NCBI GenBank assembly: GCA_050253415.1
Contig: JBFWJC010000001.1
Location: 480,001 to 544,000 of the forward strand
DNA from: Pedobacter sp.
GTDB lineage: Bacteria > Desulfobacterota > Desulfuromonadia > Desulfuromonadales > Syntrophotaleaceae
Direction of reading: 5' to 3'
DNA: 64,000 bases
Shown here: positions 1 through 10,842 of the stretch, one piece after another
Numbering within the stretch: the first letter of the stretch is position 1
How the letters are laid out: every line of letters begins with the position of its first letter
Position numbers and translations under genes: made by a program
Notes under the pieces: model-generated
What the model was told of the DNA's origin: nothing
What the model saw: the letters and a program-made list of their open reading frames with translations, nothing else
The model's database searches: none

Positions 1-85
1 GAAGGAAGTTGTTTTTCTCTGCGACTGCCGGTCCGAAAAGGGCCTGCTTACGATCTTAATAATTAAACCCAAAGGTGGTGTAATC

Positions 86-1624
86 TTGTCAAAGGTAAAC
101 ATCCTGATCATCGATGACGAGGAATCGGTCTGTACCTTTTTTCGTCGTCTGCTGCAAAGGAAAGGGTACCGGACCGTTTCCGCGGTAAATGAAGAGGAAG
201 CTTTGCGGGCACTGGACTATGGCAAGTTCAATGTGGCTATGGTCGATCTCAAGTTGCCCGATACCGACGGTCTTACCTTGCTGAAACATATAAAGACCCG
301 CCAACCCTCCTGTGAAGTCATCATCATGACCGGTTTCAGCACGATTAAAACGGCCGTGGAGGCAATGCAACTGGGTGCTTACGAATATCTAGAAAAACCC
401 TTTGAAGATATCAAGCTTATCGAAAAGCTCATTGAAAAGGCCTCGGCTGTTAGCAGCCAGGGGCGCAAGGAAGAAGAGGAAGAGTGGGGAGACCTGGCCA
501 AGTCGATCGGATTCCTGGTCGGATCCTGTCCGGAGATGCGGCACCTGGTTTCCCTGGCCTACAAAATCGCTCCCAAGGATATAAGTGTCCTTATTCAGGG
601 GGAAACCGGCACCGGTAAGGAAGTATTGGCACGCTTCATTCACACGGCGTCAACCCGCACCGAGCAGATGTTCATCCCCATCAACTGCGGGGCTTTGTCC
701 GATAATCTGCTTGAAAGTGAGCTTTTCGGTCATGAACGCGGGTCTTTTACCGGCGCCGGCAACATGCGCCGGGGTATCTTCGAGATGGCTAACAAGGGTA
801 CCTTGTTTCTGGATGAGATCGGCGAAGCGAGTCTGTCGATTCAGGTCAAGTTGCTGCGCGTGCTGGAAACCGGAGAATTCATGCGCCTGGGTGGGGAAAA
901 GCAGATTCATTGCGATGTGCGCGTCATTTCGGCTTCCAACGTTGACCTGGAAGACGCCATGCTGCAGCGTGAGTTTCGCGAGGACCTTTTCTATCGCTTG
1001 AATGTTGTTAAACTCGTGATCCCGCCGCTTCGTTCCCGCACCGAAGATATCCCGATGCTGGCCAAATATTTCGTCAAACAGTTCAACCCGACCTTGACCC
1101 TGTCCGAGGAAATCCTGACCCTGCTTTGTCAGTATGACTGGCCGGGAAATATCCGCGAGCTGTCCAATACCCTGCGGCAGGCGGTGGCACTGTGCGACGG
1201 CAAAGTCATTCTGCCGGAACATTTTTCCGGCAAGCTGACCGCCAGCAAGCCCCGGCCTTTGCATAATGGTCAAAGCGCCGTGTCTGCCCCGGCGGCCGCC
1301 GCAGCGACCGAATGTTCCCCGCCGCCGCTGGAAAGATTTTGGGAGAACTACGGCACCCCTGAGGCCCTGTCCCAGCTTTCAGATGGTGAGCTTGCTCAAC
1401 TGCTGCACTCACTGCGGGGACTCGAATCGAATCTCCATGCGGTGATGCGCAAAAAAGGATTGTCTTCGGAAGGCAGTGAGGCGTTGCGGGATTCGGAAGC
1501 GGCCTCCATCCAGCGGACCCTGTTGCAGCATCGCTGGAACATCACCGAGACAGCCCGCGCTTTGGGCATTGCACGCAATACTTTGCATCGTAAGATCAAA
1601 AAATACGGTTTGCAGAACCAGTAA
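86..1624 (+). CDS. Sigma54-dependent response regulator (NtrC family: REC + AAA+ + Fis HTH)
   Basis: N-terminal receiver (ILIIDDE, DLKLP), Walker A GETGTGKE, GSFTGA loop (GAFTGA variant), LFLDEIGE, WPGNIREL, C-terminal ARALGIARNTLHRK HTH; TTG start. Confidence 0.95.
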   Translation: MSKVNILIIDDEESVCTFFRRLLQRKGYRTVSAVNEEEALRALDYGKFNVAMVDLKLPDTDGLTLLKHIKTRQPSCEVIIMTGFSTIKTAVEAMQLGAYEYLEKPFEDIKLIEKLIEKASAVSSQGRKEEEEEWGDLAKSIGFLVGSCPEMRHLVSLAYKIAPKDISVLIQGETGTGKEVLARFIHTASTRTEQMFIPINCGALSDNLLESELFGHERGSFTGAGNMRRGIFEMANKGTLFLDEIGEASLSIQVKLLRVLETGEFMRLGGEKQIHCDVRVISASNVDLEDAMLQREFREDLFYRLNVVKLVIPPLRSRTEDIPMLAKYFVKQFNPTLTLSEEILTLLCQYDWPGNIRELSNTLRQAVALCDGKVILPEHFSGKLTASKPRPLHNGQSAVSAPAAAAATECSPPPLERFWENYGTPEALSQLSDGELAQLLHSLRGLESNLHAVMRKKGLSSEGSEALRDSEAASIQRTLLQHRWNITETARALGIARNTLHRKIKKYGLQNQ

Positions 1625-1656
1625 TGTGTTTGGCGGGCTAACCCGATATTAAAACG

Positions 1657-1688
1657 CAAAAACCCCCGATTATGTCGGGGGTTTTTTG
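1657..1688. terminator. Bidirectional intrinsic terminator
   Basis: AAAAACCCCCGA-ttatg-TCGGGGGTTTTTT between convergent regulator and rnfE. Confidence 0.85.
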
Positions 1689-1707
1689 CGTTTCAAGGGG
1701 AGACGTG

Positions 1708-2316
1708 TCAGTTGCCGGTTGCGGGAGGTTTGCGACCTGGCAAGCTGTTGATTGCGGCCAGCAGGAATCCCAGAGCCAGAAACGCGCCGGGCGGCAGGAC
1801 CATCAGCAGCATGGGATGAAAGACGGAGCCAAGCAGCGGCAGGCCGAACAGTTGCCCCGCGCCAAGCAGTTCCCTGACAGCTCCGAGCGATACCAGCGCC
1901 AGGGTGAAACCGAACCCCATGCCTGCGCCATCGGCTATCGAAACCAGAATCGGCTGTCGCGAAGCAAAGGCTTCTGCCCGGCCCAGAATAAGGCAATTGA
2001 CCACGATCAAGGGGATGAAAATTCCCAGAGCCTGGTACAACGCGAAAGCATAGGCCTCCATCACCAGTTGCACCACGGTGACAAAGGTTGCGATCACCAC
2101 GATAAATGCCGGGATGCGTACTTTTCCCGGGATGATGCGCCGTATGGCCGATATCGCCACATTGGAGCACAGCAGTACAAAGGTGGTGGCCAATCCCATG
2201 CCCAGTCCGTTCTTGGCGCTGGTGGTCACCGCCAGGGTTGGGCACATGCCGAGCACCAGCCTGAAAATAGCGTTGTTGCTCCACAATCCTCGAAGGAATA
2301 CATCGGCAGGTCTCAT
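1708..2316 (-). CDS. rnfE: Rnf electron transport complex subunit E
   Basis: LVLGMCPTLAVT, RIPAFIVVIA, GIFIPLIVVNCLILGRAEAFA motifs; last gene of rnf operon. Confidence 0.95.
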   Translation of the reverse strand: MRPADVFLRGLWSNNAIFRLVLGMCPTLAVTTSAKNGLGMGLATTFVLLCSNVAISAIRRIIPGKVRIPAFIVVIATFVTVVQLVMEAYAFALYQALGIFIPLIVVNCLILGRAEAFASRQPILVSIADGAGMGFGFTLALVSLGAVRELLGAGQLFGLPLLGSVFHPMLLMVLPPGAFLALGFLLAAINSLPGRKPPATGN

Positions 2317-2918
2317 GGTTGCCCCCCGGGATCGGCGAGGATTATCGCCTTGTGGCGGAGGTAGCCCTCCAAGCCGGCGGACAGGGCTTCAACCACTGCC
2401 CGCGAGGAGATGGTGGCCCCGCTGATTTGATCGAAATCCCCCCCGTCCTTGGTTACTTTCCAGCGTGAGGCAGACAGTCCCTTGCCCATAAATTGGGCCC
2501 GGAAGGGTTCTTCTTCAACGCGGTTGCCCAGCCCGGGCGTTTCATTTTGCTGCAGAATTTCCAGACCGAGCAGTTCGCCGCCGGGTGCAACCCCCACCAT
2601 CATGCGGATCGGGCCACCATAGCCGTTGGCCGCCACAACCTGAAAAGCTATCCCTACGATCTGTCCCCGGCGGCGTCCTCGATAGTAGGTGGTCGGTGGC
2701 GACGGGGCTCCGGCGGATGCTTGCATCGCCGGGGTTACGGCATCCCGGTCCGGGGCGTTGTCGACCTCGGGCAGCACTGCCTGCAAAGCTTGTTGCTGCT
2801 GACGGCGGTATTGTTCCGTTATCGGCTGACGCGTGCAGCGCTCGGTTGTCCCCAATACCAGTCCGGATAAAGCGGTTATCAACGTCAACACCAGTACATA
2901 ACGCAATCGATCATTCAT
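2313..2918 (-). CDS. rnfG: Rnf complex subunit G (FMN-binding)
   Basis: N-terminal TM anchor, GYGGPI, ETPGLG and DQISGATISS flavinylation motif; start placed at ATG 2918 overlapping the rnfD stop (ATGA). Confidence 0.93.
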   Translation of the reverse strand: MNDRLRYVLVLTLITALSGLVLGTTERCTRQPITEQYRRQQQQALQAVLPEVDNAPDRDAVTPAMQASAGAPSPPTTYYRGRRRGQIVGIAFQVVAANGYGGPIRMMVGVAPGGELLGLEILQQNETPGLGNRVEEEPFRAQFMGKGLSASRWKVTKDGGDFDQISGATISSRAVVEALSAGLEGYLRHKAIILADPGGQP

Positions 2919-3919
2919 ATCAGCTCCCTGCCGCGATCCATGCCAAAAGGCCGCGGCACCACGTAACGATCGATCAAGGGGGTCACGGCGTTCATGAGCA
3001 GAATGGAAAATGCGACCCCCTCGGGGTAGCTGCCGAACAGACGGATCAACACTGTAAACAGTCCGCACCCGCACCCGAACAGCAACATGCCCCTGGTGGT
3101 CAGGGGGGAGGTTACCAGGTCCGTTGCCATATAGCAGGCTCCCAGCATCAGCCCCCCGGAAACCAGCTGAAACGCAGGATGGGGGTAGCGACTGGGATCG
3201 ATAAGCCAGAATAGTCCGGACAATACGGTCACCGTGCCGAGGTAGCTTGCCGGGATATGCCAGCTGATAACACCCCTCCAGAGCAGAAACAGGGCGCCGA
3301 GTAACAGAACCACAGCCGAAACCTCGCCCAGGCAGCCGGGCATGTTGCCCAGCAGATAACGGCCGGAAAACCCGCTGATGTGCTGGGGCAGTTGGCCGGA
3401 GAGCATTACCGCGCTCTGGCTTTCGCTCAAGGGGGTGGCAGCGGTTATCGCATCTGCCAGAAACCGTCCAGGTTGCGGGGCGGTCCAGTGCGTCATGGCG
3501 GAGGGGAACGAAATCAGCAGGACAATCCGGGCAACCAGCGCCGGGTTGAAAGGATTATGCCCCAGTCCTCCGAACACCTGTTTTCCGACCACAATGGCAA
3601 GCGCTGCGCCCAGCAACGACAGCCACCAGGGGCTCGAAGCGGGAAGGTTGAAGGCGACCAGCAGGCCGGTCAACGCTGCACTGCCGTCCCGAACGGTTAT
3701 CGGTTGATCGGCCACTTTTTGCCACAAAGCTTCAATTGCCACCGAGCCCACCACACATATCAGTAACACGCGCAGGGCCGGCAAGCCGAACAAATAGATG
3801 GACGTAGCCGCTGCCGGCAGCAGGGCCAGCAACACAGCGCCCATCATCCCTCGGGTGGTCAGACCTGTATGCAGATGGGGAGATGGAGAGACGATCAGCA
3901 ATGGTGTCCGGGGCTCCAT
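2915..3919 (-). CDS. rnfD: Rnf complex subunit D
   Basis: SPHLH, KQVFGGLGHNPFNPA, AITAATPL, ATDLVTSP, YPEGVAFSILLMN; start at ATG 3919. Confidence 0.95.
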   Translation of the reverse strand: MEPRTPLLIVSPSPHLHTGLTTRGMMGAVLLALLPAAATSIYLFGLPALRVLLICVVGSVAIEALWQKVADQPITVRDGSAALTGLLVAFNLPASSPWWLSLLGAALAIVVGKQVFGGLGHNPFNPALVARIVLLISFPSAMTHWTAPQPGRFLADAITAATPLSESQSAVMLSGQLPQHISGFSGRYLLGNMPGCLGEVSAVVLLLGALFLLWRGVISWHIPASYLGTVTVLSGLFWLIDPSRYPHPAFQLVSGGLMLGACYMATDLVTSPLTTRGMLLFGCGCGLFTVLIRLFGSYPEGVAFSILLMNAVTPLIDRYVVPRPFGMDRGRELI

Positions 3920-3920
3920 G

Positions 3921-5234
3921 TCAGATTCTCCTGCGTCGGGCCAGAATGGCACCTTTGGCATAACGGATCGATTGTACCAGCGGGATGTTAGCCGGACAGA
4001 TAAAGGAACAGCTGCCACACTCGATGCAGTTGCGCGCAGCGAAGCGTTCCGCCAGTTCCAGCTCGTCACGGCGGGCAAAGTCGGCAATGAAGGTCGGTTG
4101 CAGGTTCATAGGGCAGGCGTTCACGCAGCGGCCGCATCGCACGCAAGGGCCAGCAGTGGTGGTGGGTAAATCCTGCCGACGGAATGCCAGCACCCCGCTG
4201 GTTCCACGCACCACCGGTACTGCGGGGGTATGTTGCGCGGAGCCCATCATCGGTCCACCGAGGATGACCATGGCCGGCTCTTCAGTGACTCCGCAATGTT
4301 CCAGCAGATGGGCCACCGGAGTGCCGATGCGAACCCGCAGGTTCTGGGGGCGCACAACCGCGGGACCGCTGATCGTTACCATCCGTTCGATGAGGGGGCG
4401 CCCCCGCGTCACGGCATCGGTGAGAGCGGCGATGGTGCCGACATTCTGTACCAGCACCCCCACGTCCATAGGCAAGCCGCGCGCCGGTACCCGCCTTCCG
4501 GTCACGGCGTAGATAAGCTGCCGTTCGGCGCCCTGGGGATACTTGGTGGGCAGTACTGCCAACCCGATACCCCGTTTCTGGCAGTGCGGTGCCAGCAGCC
4601 TGGCCACGTCGGGCTGGTTGTCTTCAAGGCCGATATAGGCGTGGTCGGCACCGGATACTTCCTGCAAAATCTCCAGCCCGGTCAGAACCTTTTCCGTCTG
4701 TTCCAGCAGCACCCGGCGATCAGCTGTCAGCCAGGGTTCGCATTCAACCGCGTTGACGATCACCGTATCGATGACCTTGCCCTGCGGTGGATCGAGTTTG
4801 ACATGGGTCGGGAATGCGGCGCCGCCCATGCCGACCACCCCCGCCTCACGGATGCGCTCCAACATGGCCTCGACGCTTAAAACGTGAAAACTCTGTTTTT
4901 GATATTCATCGGCCCACGCGTCGGCACCATCCGGTTGCAATACCACCGCCGGAAGATCTGCGCCGCAAGGATGGGGCCGCGGCTCCACGGCGGTAACCAG
5001 TCCGGAGGTCGAAGCATGCACCGGCACCGAGACAAATCCATTTGCCCGTCCCACCAGCTGTCCCCGTGCTACCCGCTGGCCGGCGGTAACGCAAGGCAGT
5101 GCCGGGGCCCCGACATGTTGGGCCAGCGGAATGACCAGCTCGGCAGGCAGGGGGCAGATCTCGCTAGGCGCGTCAGCTGTAGCGGTTTTATGTCCTGGCG
5201 GGTGTGTGCCCCCGGGAAAGCTGCGGCGGATCAT
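3921..5234 (-). CDS. rnfC: Rnf complex subunit C (NADH/FMN, 2x[4Fe-4S])
   Basis: GGTHP, GVVGMGGAAFPTHVKL, NAVECEPWLT, KYPQGAE, two CxxCxxCxxxCP motifs. Confidence 0.96.
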   Translation of the reverse strand: MIRRSFPGGTHPPGHKTATADAPSEICPLPAELVIPLAQHVGAPALPCVTAGQRVARGQLVGRANGFVSVPVHASTSGLVTAVEPRPHPCGADLPAVVLQPDGADAWADEYQKQSFHVLSVEAMLERIREAGVVGMGGAAFPTHVKLDPPQGKVIDTVIVNAVECEPWLTADRRVLLEQTEKVLTGLEILQEVSGADHAYIGLEDNQPDVARLLAPHCQKRGIGLAVLPTKYPQGAERQLIYAVTGRRVPARGLPMDVGVLVQNVGTIAALTDAVTRGRPLIERMVTISGPAVVRPQNLRVRIGTPVAHLLEHCGVTEEPAMVILGGPMMGSAQHTPAVPVVRGTSGVLAFRRQDLPTTTAGPCVRCGRCVNACPMNLQPTFIADFARRDELELAERFAARNCIECGSCSFICPANIPLVQSIRYAKGAILARRRRI

Positions 5235-6079
5235 GGTGTCGAACGCTCCCTGGCTGAAGGCGGCGTGGGCAAGGTCTGGTTGTTGCCCTGTTCGTCAAGA
5301 TTCAGAATGCAGTGATGGGGGCAGCGCGCTATCGCTTCGGCCATGGTGGATGGTTCGCCGTAGCCGTAGCGGACTTGCGCCAGAAAACTGTCCATGACAA
5401 AGCTCTCCGGAGCTGTCCGCACGCAGAGACGGCAACCGAGGCAGCCTACGCTGCAGTAGCTTTTCACCTTGGAAGCACTCTCACGGCTGTTGCACAGTAC
5501 CTGAATCGACTCGGTTGCCGGGGCCAATGCCAGCACCTGGCGTGGACAGATCGTCACGCACAGGCCACAGCCGGTACAACGGCTGCGATCCACGTTGGCC
5601 AGGCCACGGGCATCGATGGACAGGGCGTCAAATGGGCAATGCTGTACGCAACTGCCCAAACCCAGACAACCCGCAGGACAGAGCTTGGGCCCGCGGGCCA
5701 GCTTTTGCGCGGCCCGACAATCCTGCAGTCCCTGATATTCGTACTTGAGCCGGGCATGCTGCAGATCGCCCTGGCAGCGCGCCACGGCAATCTGGGGTGG
5801 TCGTTCGGTAACCGCCACACCAAGAATTGTGGCGATGCGCTTCAGTGTTTCCGCTCCGCCCGGTCTGCACAAGTCAGGCTTGGCCGTGCCGGCCACCAGC
5901 GCACGCGCGTAAGCATCGCAGCCGGGAAAGCCGCAGGCTCCGCAATTGGCCCCTGCCAGAACCTCCATCAGCGCCACCTGCCGGGGATCGACGGTGACCG
6001 CAAAACGGCGTGCCGCCATCCCCAACAACAGAGCCGCCACGCATCCCAGACTTCCCAGGCAGATCACCGCAGCCATCAT
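5231..6079 (-). CDS. rnfB: Rnf complex subunit B (polyferredoxin)
   Basis: TM anchor, GANCGACGFPGC, CLGLGSCVQHCPF, CTGCGLCVTICP; start at ATG 6079. Confidence 0.93.
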   Translation of the reverse strand: MMAAVICLGSLGCVAALLLGMAARRFAVTVDPRQVALMEVLAGANCGACGFPGCDAYARALVAGTAKPDLCRPGGAETLKRIATILGVAVTERPPQIAVARCQGDLQHARLKYEYQGLQDCRAAQKLARGPKLCPAGCLGLGSCVQHCPFDALSIDARGLANVDRSRCTGCGLCVTICPRQVLALAPATESIQVLCNSRESASKVKSYCSVGCLGCRLCVRTAPESFVMDSFLAQVRYGYGEPSTMAEAIARCPHHCILNLDEQGNNQTLPTPPSARERSTP

Positions 6080-6092
6080 GGCAGTATCGCTT

Positions 6093-6674
6093 TCAATTCG
6101 GCACCAGGCCGGCAAACCCCATAAAGGCCAGCGCCAGCAATCCGGCGGTGATCAATTCGATAGGGGTGCCGCGAAAAAACCTGGGCACGGGGCAAAGGGT
6201 CAATCGTTCGCGCAGGCCGGCATACAGCACCATGGCAAGGGTAAAGCCAAGCGCGGCGCCAAACGCGAAGACCAGGCTCTGCACAAAACTGTAGTTTCGC
6301 TGGATATTCAGTACCGCCAGCCCCAGAACCGCGCAATTCGTGGTAATCAGAGGCAGGAAAATGCCCAGGGATTGATACAGAACCGGTGAGGATTTACGCA
6401 CGATCATTTCCACCATCTGCACCAGCGTGGCGATGACCAGAATAAAAGCAATGGTTTGCAGGTAATCGAGGTTGAAAGGGGTCAGCACCAGATACTGCAG
6501 CAACCAGGTACAGGCGCTCGCAACCACCATCACAAAGGTCACGGCCATGCCCATACCGAGGGCTGTTTCCACCTTTTTGGAGACGCCCAGAAAAGGGCAT
6601 AAACCGAGAAACCTTGCCAACACGAAGTTGTTGACGAAGACTGCTCCGACCATGATTAACAGCAGGCTTTTCAT
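6093..6674 (-). CDS. rnfA: Rnf complex subunit A
   Basis: [35 protein letters not shown]; start at ATG 6674 with GGGAGA RBS. Confidence 0.96.
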   Translation of the reverse strand: MKSLLLIMVGAVFVNNFVLARFLGLCPFLGVSKKVETALGMGMAVTFVMVVASACTWLLQYLVLTPFNLDYLQTIAFILVIATLVQMVEMIVRKSSPVLYQSLGIFLPLITTNCAVLGLAVLNIQRNYSFVQSLVFAFGAALGFTLAMVLYAGLRERLTLCPVPRFFRGTPIELITAGLLALAFMGFAGLVPN

Positions 6675-6875
6675 GAAATCTCCCAGACCGGCAACATGCT
6701 CGATCAACCGACCGTTAGCTTATCGCAGTCGAAATGACGAAGCAATTTCTAATTTATTCCGGAGCACGACAGGTTTGGGCATTTCCTTTCTTGACAGTGA
6801 TCAGGTCGCGTGATAGTCAAAAACCTTGAATACCAGTCCAATCGTTTTTAACCCCACCATCAGGAAAGATTTCCC

Positions 6876-8159
6876 ATGCCCTATTCGCAATCCGCCCTGC
6901 TTTTCGAACGCGCCCGCAAGGTTATCCCTGGCGGCGTCAACAGCCCGGTTCGCGCTTTCAAGGCTGTCGGCCTTCACCCCTTGTTTATCGAAAGAGCCGA
7001 AGGCAGCGCCCTTTTCGATGCCGACGGCAATCGCTATATCGACTATGTCGGTTCCTGGGGACCGATGATCGTCGGTCACAGCCATCCAAAGGTGGTCGAA
7101 GCCATTCGGACGGCTGCCGGTCGCGGTACTTCTTACGGCGCACCCACCGCGCTGGAAATCGAACTGGCCGAGCAGGTCTGCGCCGCCTTTGCGAATATTG
7201 AAAGCGTGCGCATGGTATCCTCAGGTACCGAGGCGACCATGAGTGCCATCCGCCTGGCGCGCGGCTTTACCGGTCGCGACAAGATCCTCAAATTCGAGGG
7301 TTGCTACCATGGCCATGCCGACAGCCTGCTGGTTGCCGCCGGTAGTGGCGTCGCCACCTTCGGGATTCCTGCCTCCCCCGGAGTGCCGGCGGACTTCGCC
7401 AAACATACCTTGACGGCACCCTATAACGATCTGGCCACCGTCAAGGCGCTGGTCGACGAACACAAAGCCGACCTGGCGGCGATCATCCTCGAGCCGATCG
7501 CCGGCAACATGGGATGTATCCCGCCGCAACCGGGTTTTCTGGAAGGTTTGCGACAGTTGTGCGACGCACACGGTGTACTGCTGATCATCGACGAGGTCAT
7601 GACCGGCTTTCGCGTTGCTTACGGCGGCGCCCAGCAACTCTACGGCGTTAATGGCGACCTTGTTTGCCTGGGCAAGATCATCGGCGGCGGGCTACCGGTC
7701 GGTGCTTTTGGCGGCCGCCGCGACATTATGCAGCGGTTGGCACCGGACGGTGATGTCTATCAGGCCGGTACCCTGTCGGGCAATCCCCTGGCCATGAGTG
7801 CGGGGCTGGCAACCTTGAAGCTGCTGCGCGAAGAGGGTGTCTACCAGCAGCTTGAGGAGCGTAGCGTCTATCTGGCTGAAGGGCTGCGTCAGGCGGCCCA
7901 GGCTGCCGGAGTGCCTGCCTGTCTGCAACGGGTCGGCAGCATGTTCTGCAACTACTTCCAGTCCGGTCCGGTGACCTCCTTTGCCGAAGCCAAGACCAGC
8001 GATACCGAGGCGTTTGCAACCTTCTTCGGTCTGATGCTGGAGAACGGCGTGCATCTGGCACCGTCCCAGTTTGAAGCCGGCTTCGTCAGTCTGGCGCATT
8101 CCCGGCAGGATCTCGACCGTACCATCGAGGCGGCGCATCGTTCTTTGAAGGCTCTTTGA
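6876..8159 (+). CDS. hemL: Glutamate-1-semialdehyde 2,1-aminomutase
   Basis: [76 protein letters not shown]. Confidence 0.98.
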   Translation: MPYSQSALLFERARKVIPGGVNSPVRAFKAVGLHPLFIERAEGSALFDADGNRYIDYVGSWGPMIVGHSHPKVVEAIRTAAGRGTSYGAPTALEIELAEQVCAAFANIESVRMVSSGTEATMSAIRLARGFTGRDKILKFEGCYHGHADSLLVAAGSGVATFGIPASPGVPADFAKHTLTAPYNDLATVKALVDEHKADLAAIILEPIAGNMGCIPPQPGFLEGLRQLCDAHGVLLIIDEVMTGFRVAYGGAQQLYGVNGDLVCLGKIIGGGLPVGAFGGRRDIMQRLAPDGDVYQAGTLSGNPLAMSAGLATLKLLREEGVYQQLEERSVYLAEGLRQAAQAAGVPACLQRVGSMFCNYFQSGPVTSFAEAKTSDTEAFATFFGLMLENGVHLAPSQFEAGFVSLAHSRQDLDRTIEAAHRSLKAL

Positions 8160-8342
8160 TTTTTTAATTTCAAGATCACGGGGGCGTATCCGGGAGTTCT
8201 TCCCCGGGGCGTCCCCGTTTCTTGTCCGACTGTGGCGGGTTCACTGCGTTCAGTATTTCGCCTGTCGGCCGCTCCACTTCAGCTGGGTCACAACAAGGGT
8301 CGCGACGACCAATCACCAGTCACGAATGACGAATGACTTGCC

Positions 8343-9563
8343 TCATTCACTCCGCAACACGTCGAGGATTTCAACTTGCGCAGCCTGCCAGGCCGGATAG
8401 GCCCCGGCTGTCAGTCCCAGCAAGGCCGAACCGGCCAACGCCATCAGCACCAGCCAAGGCTCAAACACCATCGGCATCTGCCCGATGCGGCAGACCACCG
8501 CCACCAGTCCCAGGGCGCTTACCACCCCCAGCAATCCACCCATTCCTGCCATCATGGCCGACTCCAGGAGAAACTGACGCACGATATCGCGCCGCCTGGC
8601 CCCCACTGCGCGCCGTACGCCGATTTCCAATCGCCGGGACCGCACCAGCAATATCATGATCGACAGGATTCCCAATCCGCCTACGGCAAAAGACACCGAA
8701 GAACTGATCAGGCCCAGAGTGCCGACCAGGTTCAGGGCCTGTTCCTGTACCTCCATGGTATCTTTGGCGGTCAGAACCGAGAAGTCGTCTTCTTCACCCG
8801 CATCGATACGATGTCGCTGTCGCAGAATCGCGTTGGCAGTGTCCTTGGCTGCCTCGACATCGGCTTCGTTGCCAAGTTGCAGGTAAACACCGGTTATCCA
8901 GTCCTGGTTGGCCATGCGTCGCAGGTAGGTCGACATCGGTACGAAGACCTGTTCATCCTGATCGGCTCCGGCGATATCCGCGCCCTTGACCTCCATCACC
9001 CCCACCACGCGCAGGGCGGTACGGTAAAAATAGACGTGCTGACCCAGTGCCGCTTCGGATCGTCCGAACAACCGTTCGGCGATCTTCGCACCCAATACAC
9101 AAACTTTGGCTCTTCGATGCTCATCGTCGGTTGAGATAAAACGTCCGAACTCCGGTGCGGCATTGCGCACCGCAGGATACTTTGGTCCGGTTGCCACCAG
9201 TTGGCAGTTGATTTTGATATTGCCGGCGCGTATCGGCATGGTGGTACTGACAAACGGCGCCGCCAGGCGTACCGCCGGAAGAGCCTGGCTCAGAACCCGG
9301 GCGTCCTGCAACGTGAAGTTGGTCGCTTCGTGTCGTACTATGCCTCCGCGTCCGGGGCGAAACGCCAGACGGCCGGTGCGAGCCATGAACAGGTTGCTGC
9401 CGAGTTTGGCGGTTTCCTGCTCGGCTTTGAGCAGCATGGCGCGGGAGATATGCTGCACCCCGGTCAGGGCCATGGCACCGAGCAGAACACCGAGCATGGC
9501 CAGCAAGGTGCGCATCCGGTGAGCCTGTAAAGAAGCCAGGGCTATTTTGATACTGAACAGCAT
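8343..9563 (-). CDS. ABC transporter permease (MacB/FtsX family)
   Basis: RTLLAMLGV N-terminal TM, periplasmic domain, VGGLGILSIM..RRLEIGVRRAVGA, GAYPAWQAA. Confidence 0.9.
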   Translation of the reverse strand: MLFSIKIALASLQAHRMRTLLAMLGVLLGAMALTGVQHISRAMLLKAEQETAKLGSNLFMARTGRLAFRPGRGGIVRHEATNFTLQDARVLSQALPAVRLAAPFVSTTMPIRAGNIKINCQLVATGPKYPAVRNAAPEFGRFISTDDEHRRAKVCVLGAKIAERLFGRSEAALGQHVYFYRTALRVVGVMEVKGADIAGADQDEQVFVPMSTYLRRMANQDWITGVYLQLGNEADVEAAKDTANAILRQRHRIDAGEEDDFSVLTAKDTMEVQEQALNLVGTLGLISSSVSFAVGGLGILSIMILLVRSRRLEIGVRRAVGARRRDIVRQFLLESAMMAGMGGLLGVVSALGLVAVVCRIGQMPMVFEPWLVLMALAGSALLGLTAGAYPAWQAAQVEILDVLRSE

Positions 9564-9591
9564 GGGCGATACTCCGCAATAACCTTGAAAA

Positions 9592-10842
9592 TCAATTGCC
9601 CTTAAGCGCCTCGATAGGCGTCATGGAGGCCGCGCGGCGGGCCGGTTTGAGACCGAAAATCAGGCCGATGGCGAGGGAGGTGATCAGAGCGAAGCCAAAC
9701 ACTTTCCATGAAAAGAGGATTTCCAGCACCTCGAGGCGTTCCAGCAGTTGCCCCATGGCCATGCCGAGGAACATGCCGAGGATGGCACCGATCAGGGTCA
9801 GCCCCACCGCTTCCAGCAGAATCTGCACCAGAATCGCCCATCGCGGTGCACCGAGCGCCATTTTCAAGCCGATTTCCGAACGTCGTTCATCGACCCCCAG
9901 ATAAAACAGATTGGCCAGTACAAAGCCTCCCACCACCATCGCCACCAGGGCGGTTACGCCGAGGAACAGGATCAGCCCTCCCTTGAAGGTCGACAGAAAT
10001 TGCAGGATCTCGTCTGCCGTGAGGATGGTGAAATCATCGTCCTCTTCGGGGCGCAGGTTGTGCAGATGACGAAGCAGGCTGCGCAGGTTTTCCACATGCG
10101 CCGGCATATATTCCGGATCATGAAACTTGACCCGCAGGGCGCGAAAATATTTGCGGTCCAGATGAAAGCGTTTGGTCAAGGTGGTGATCGGCATGATAAT
10201 CCGATCGTCGACCGCACCGCCGCCGCCCGTCACGCCGCGGTAGCTGAGCCGTCCGACAATCTGTACCGGAAAACGATCCATCAGCACCGTGCGGCCGATG
10301 GGCGACTGCTTACCGAATAACTCCTGGGCGATGGTATCGCCGATCAGACCGACCCTTGCGCTGTGGGTAAGGTCGTCCTCCGACAGGTCCCGTCCTTCGC
10401 TCAGCGGCCAATCCCAGGCCCGCGCGTAGCCGGCCGTGGTCCCGACCACCAGCGGCACCTGCGTCACGTGCCCGGCATAGCGTACCTGCACATTCGATTT
10501 GGCCCGCATCGGCACCACCAGATAAGCTCCCGGTAGCGAACGACGCAACGCGGCCGCATCTTCATAAGATAAGGTAAGGGTACGCTGGCCCACGGCCCGG
10601 CTTTCGATATTGCCGCCCAGCACCAGCGCCGCATCGGGTCCGAATAGCGCTACCATTTCATTGGCCTTGCGTTCGGCGCCATCCACCGCCGCGACGATGA
10701 TGGTCAGCGAGGCGATTCCCAGCGCCACCCCCGCCACCACGAACAGGCTGCGGGTTTTAGCAGCCCACAGCGCGTGACGCGCCATGCCGGCACAGCGCCA
10801 GGCAATGAGCCCAATTTCAGCGATCCTGGACCAGGCCGTCAT
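9592..10842 (-). CDS. ABC transporter permease (MacB/FtsX family)
   Basis: Same architecture (ERRSEIGLKMALGA, GLKPARRAA..PIEAL); start at ATG 10842 with GGGAGG RBS, a later start is possible. Confidence 0.9.
   Translation of the reverse strand: MTAWSRIAEIGLIAWRCAGMARHALWAAKTRSLFVVAGVALGIASLTIIVAAVDGAERKANEMVALFGPDAALVLGGNIESRAVGQRTLTLSYEDAAALRRSLPGAYLVVPMRAKSNVQVRYAGHVTQVPLVVGTTAGYARAWDWPLSEGRDLSEDDLTHSARVGLIGDTIAQELFGKQSPIGRTVLMDRFPVQIVGRLSYRGVTGGGGAVDDRIIMPITTLTKRFHLDRKYFRALRVKFHDPEYMPAHVENLRSLLRHLHNLRPEEDDDFTILTADEILQFLSTFKGGLILFLGVTALVAMVVGGFVLANLFYLGVDERRSEIGLKMALGAPRWAILVQILLEAVGLTLIGAILGMFLGMAMGQLLERLEVLEILFSWKVFGFALITSLAIGLIFGLKPARRAASMTPIEALKGN

Noticed and set aside
736..760. GSFTGA instead of GAFTGA implying a sigma54-independent regulator
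   Set aside because: GSFTGA is a common functional variant; the critical F and T are retained.
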